From Malacoraja senta (Eukaryota), in contig CM075996.1 in assembly GCA_038087875.1 (NCBI GenBank), positions 7,690,001-7,754,000 of the forward strand: a stretch of DNA of 64,000 bases, read 5' to 3'. Numbering within the stretch: position 1 is the stretch's first letter; every line of letters begins with the position of its first letter. Below are positions 62,150 to 64,000 of the stretch, in pieces. The notes under the pieces are model-generated. The model was not told where the DNA came from. It ran no database searches and was given only the letters and a program-made list of their open reading frames with translations. The position numbers and the translations under genes were made by a program.

Positions 62150-64000
62150 GGCACCAAAGCCTGCTCAAATGGTGACTGGTCTCCACACATACGGATTCCC
62201 ACGCAGCCAGAAACCTCAAGAGTGTTTAATTGCCATAAGTACCATCAACAGAACAATGAACTTGTCACTTGCTGCACTTTAACAGGCCTGTAAATGCAAC
62301 GCACACAAATAATATAGAAAAATCAAAATACAACGAATAAACAACTGTAATACTAGGCATCCATAAATGTGCAAAAACTATAGTTGGCAATGCAAACAAA
62401 GACACAGTCCAAAGAAGATCATAGTTGCTGAGGTTAGTATTGTGTAGTGCTTCAGAACTTGCTGTACAAAAGCTTGCTATGGTGGTGTTGGAGCAGAGAT
62501 GCAACGCCACTAACTTCATACCAGCAGAAAAGGTCCTATATATGTTTGTGAGGTCCTTACATTTTGTGGCAATGGTAATGTTATAAACCTCAATGGATTT
62601 ATGCTGAATTATGCAAGATGTGCCATTAATGTACATACTGAGAAGTAATAAAAACACAGATATATCAACAGGCCAATAAAATGCCTAAATATAGAAACAA
62701 GGACTGCAGATGCTGGTTTACACAAAAGGACACAAAGTGCCGGAATTAACTCAGCGGGTCAGGCAGCATCTCTAGAGAACACGGCTGGGTGACTTTTTGG
62801 GTCGGGATCTTTCTTCTTGCTTGAAGTACCATATCATTAAGAGAATGCACTCAATTGATCGGTTCATTCGAAACAATGTGATACATAATGAACGATACCT
62901 AGTGCACCTTTTTAGAGCTTCACATGCGATATGAGGGAATTTCTTAATCAGAGACCTTACACAACATGATTGTGGTATTCTGTCACGAAATAGAGATCCT
63001 TTTGTTGCCTTGCTACATCTCAGACTGAACATTTACAATTCCCTCCTTTGCCATATGGGTGGCAACCAGAAATAAGAATTTTGGATAATTGAAATGAAAT
63101 GAAAAATGAGGCCCAACCTTGCCCACATCCAGTGTTCACATACATGCAAGCATTCCTAGACAGTTCCTAGTATGCATCATCAAACAATAATCAGGACTTA
63201 AATGTTTTTTCCCCACTTATTTCAGGAGCACTAAGGCTGTTTGTACAATTCTTTTGTTAATCTCACTCAGTGCAAATAGGAAATTAGATGTATGATATTC
63301 TTGGCCTGGTTAACACACTGAGCATTCAGGTTACTAGTCTTTATTGGGGTTTTGCCCTTTATTTTTCTTGATTCTTCTGAAGGTAGTGACTGTTGTTGTC
63401 TATGACTGAATGATCCTAGCGGGGTAAACGGCCAACTTACATATCCAGCCTAGCTACTTTCTTTGCACCTGGCTACATAGACTGTTTGTTTGCACATTTG
63501 CCTCTGCAACGCTAGAGGCCCAGACGATGCTGGAAAACAAAGTTGTGTAAAACTCCAATAATCCATCACCCTTGCAGCTTTGGTTGTGCCGGACTAGTCA
63601 ACGTTTTAGATTATCGGATGTCATTTCAATGAATACTCGAACACGCTTTCATTTCACTTTTTTAAAAACATGCAGTAGAACAAATAAACCCGGTGAGATT
63701 AACGGGAGTGGGAAATGGGAGTGGGAGCACTACGAACTCCGGCTCTGCTGGAAACCCGACACATTCCTGGCTTCTGGTGCTGTGAAACCCAACCCGGCTC
63801 CATCTGCATACTCGACCTGCACTCTAGACCCCAGCCCTGGCCACGCTCTGTACCCTTGACTCTGTCTATCCAGTCCTCTTACACTCTGGATCCCAGCTCA
63901 AATTGTGCACGAATATATGAGCCCGACCATTAGAATTTCTGAACCATTGGATGCTGTATTATCAGTGTTTTATTGTAGCTAATACTGTATAAATAAATCA

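Overview
Eukaryotic (vertebrate) DNA, most likely a cartilaginous fish such as a skate or ray (inferred from the SINE/LINE/Penelope repeat landscape). The only host gene is the 5' part of a non-muscle myosin II heavy chain gene, best matching MYH9, on the minus strand. It has a CpG-island promoter with a probable non-coding exon 1 (~42192-42400), exon 2 (23607-23958, ATG at 23939) and exon 3 (17203-17359); later exons were not found and probably lie left of the window. The rest is intron/intergenic sequence dense with mobile DNA: a decayed DD34E IR/DR Tc1 transposon, two non-autonomous Helitrons, hAT and other MITEs, V-SINE/HE1-like and Deu-like SINEs, CR1, Rex1/Babar, L1, Crack-like and Vingi LINE fragments, and many Penelope-like (PLE) relics. 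Most notable: (1) a large family of short PLE-derived insertions carrying a minimal hammerhead-ribozyme motif, often as foldback hairpins with 10-22 bp target-site duplications; (2) a degenerate tandem copy of MYH9 exon 3; (3) a ~445-bp inverted duplication of a nested composite repeat; (4) a ~140-bp element that shares its 3' end with a Vingi LINE. There is a 200-N assembly gap at 13366-13565. All calls are by eye, with no database searches.
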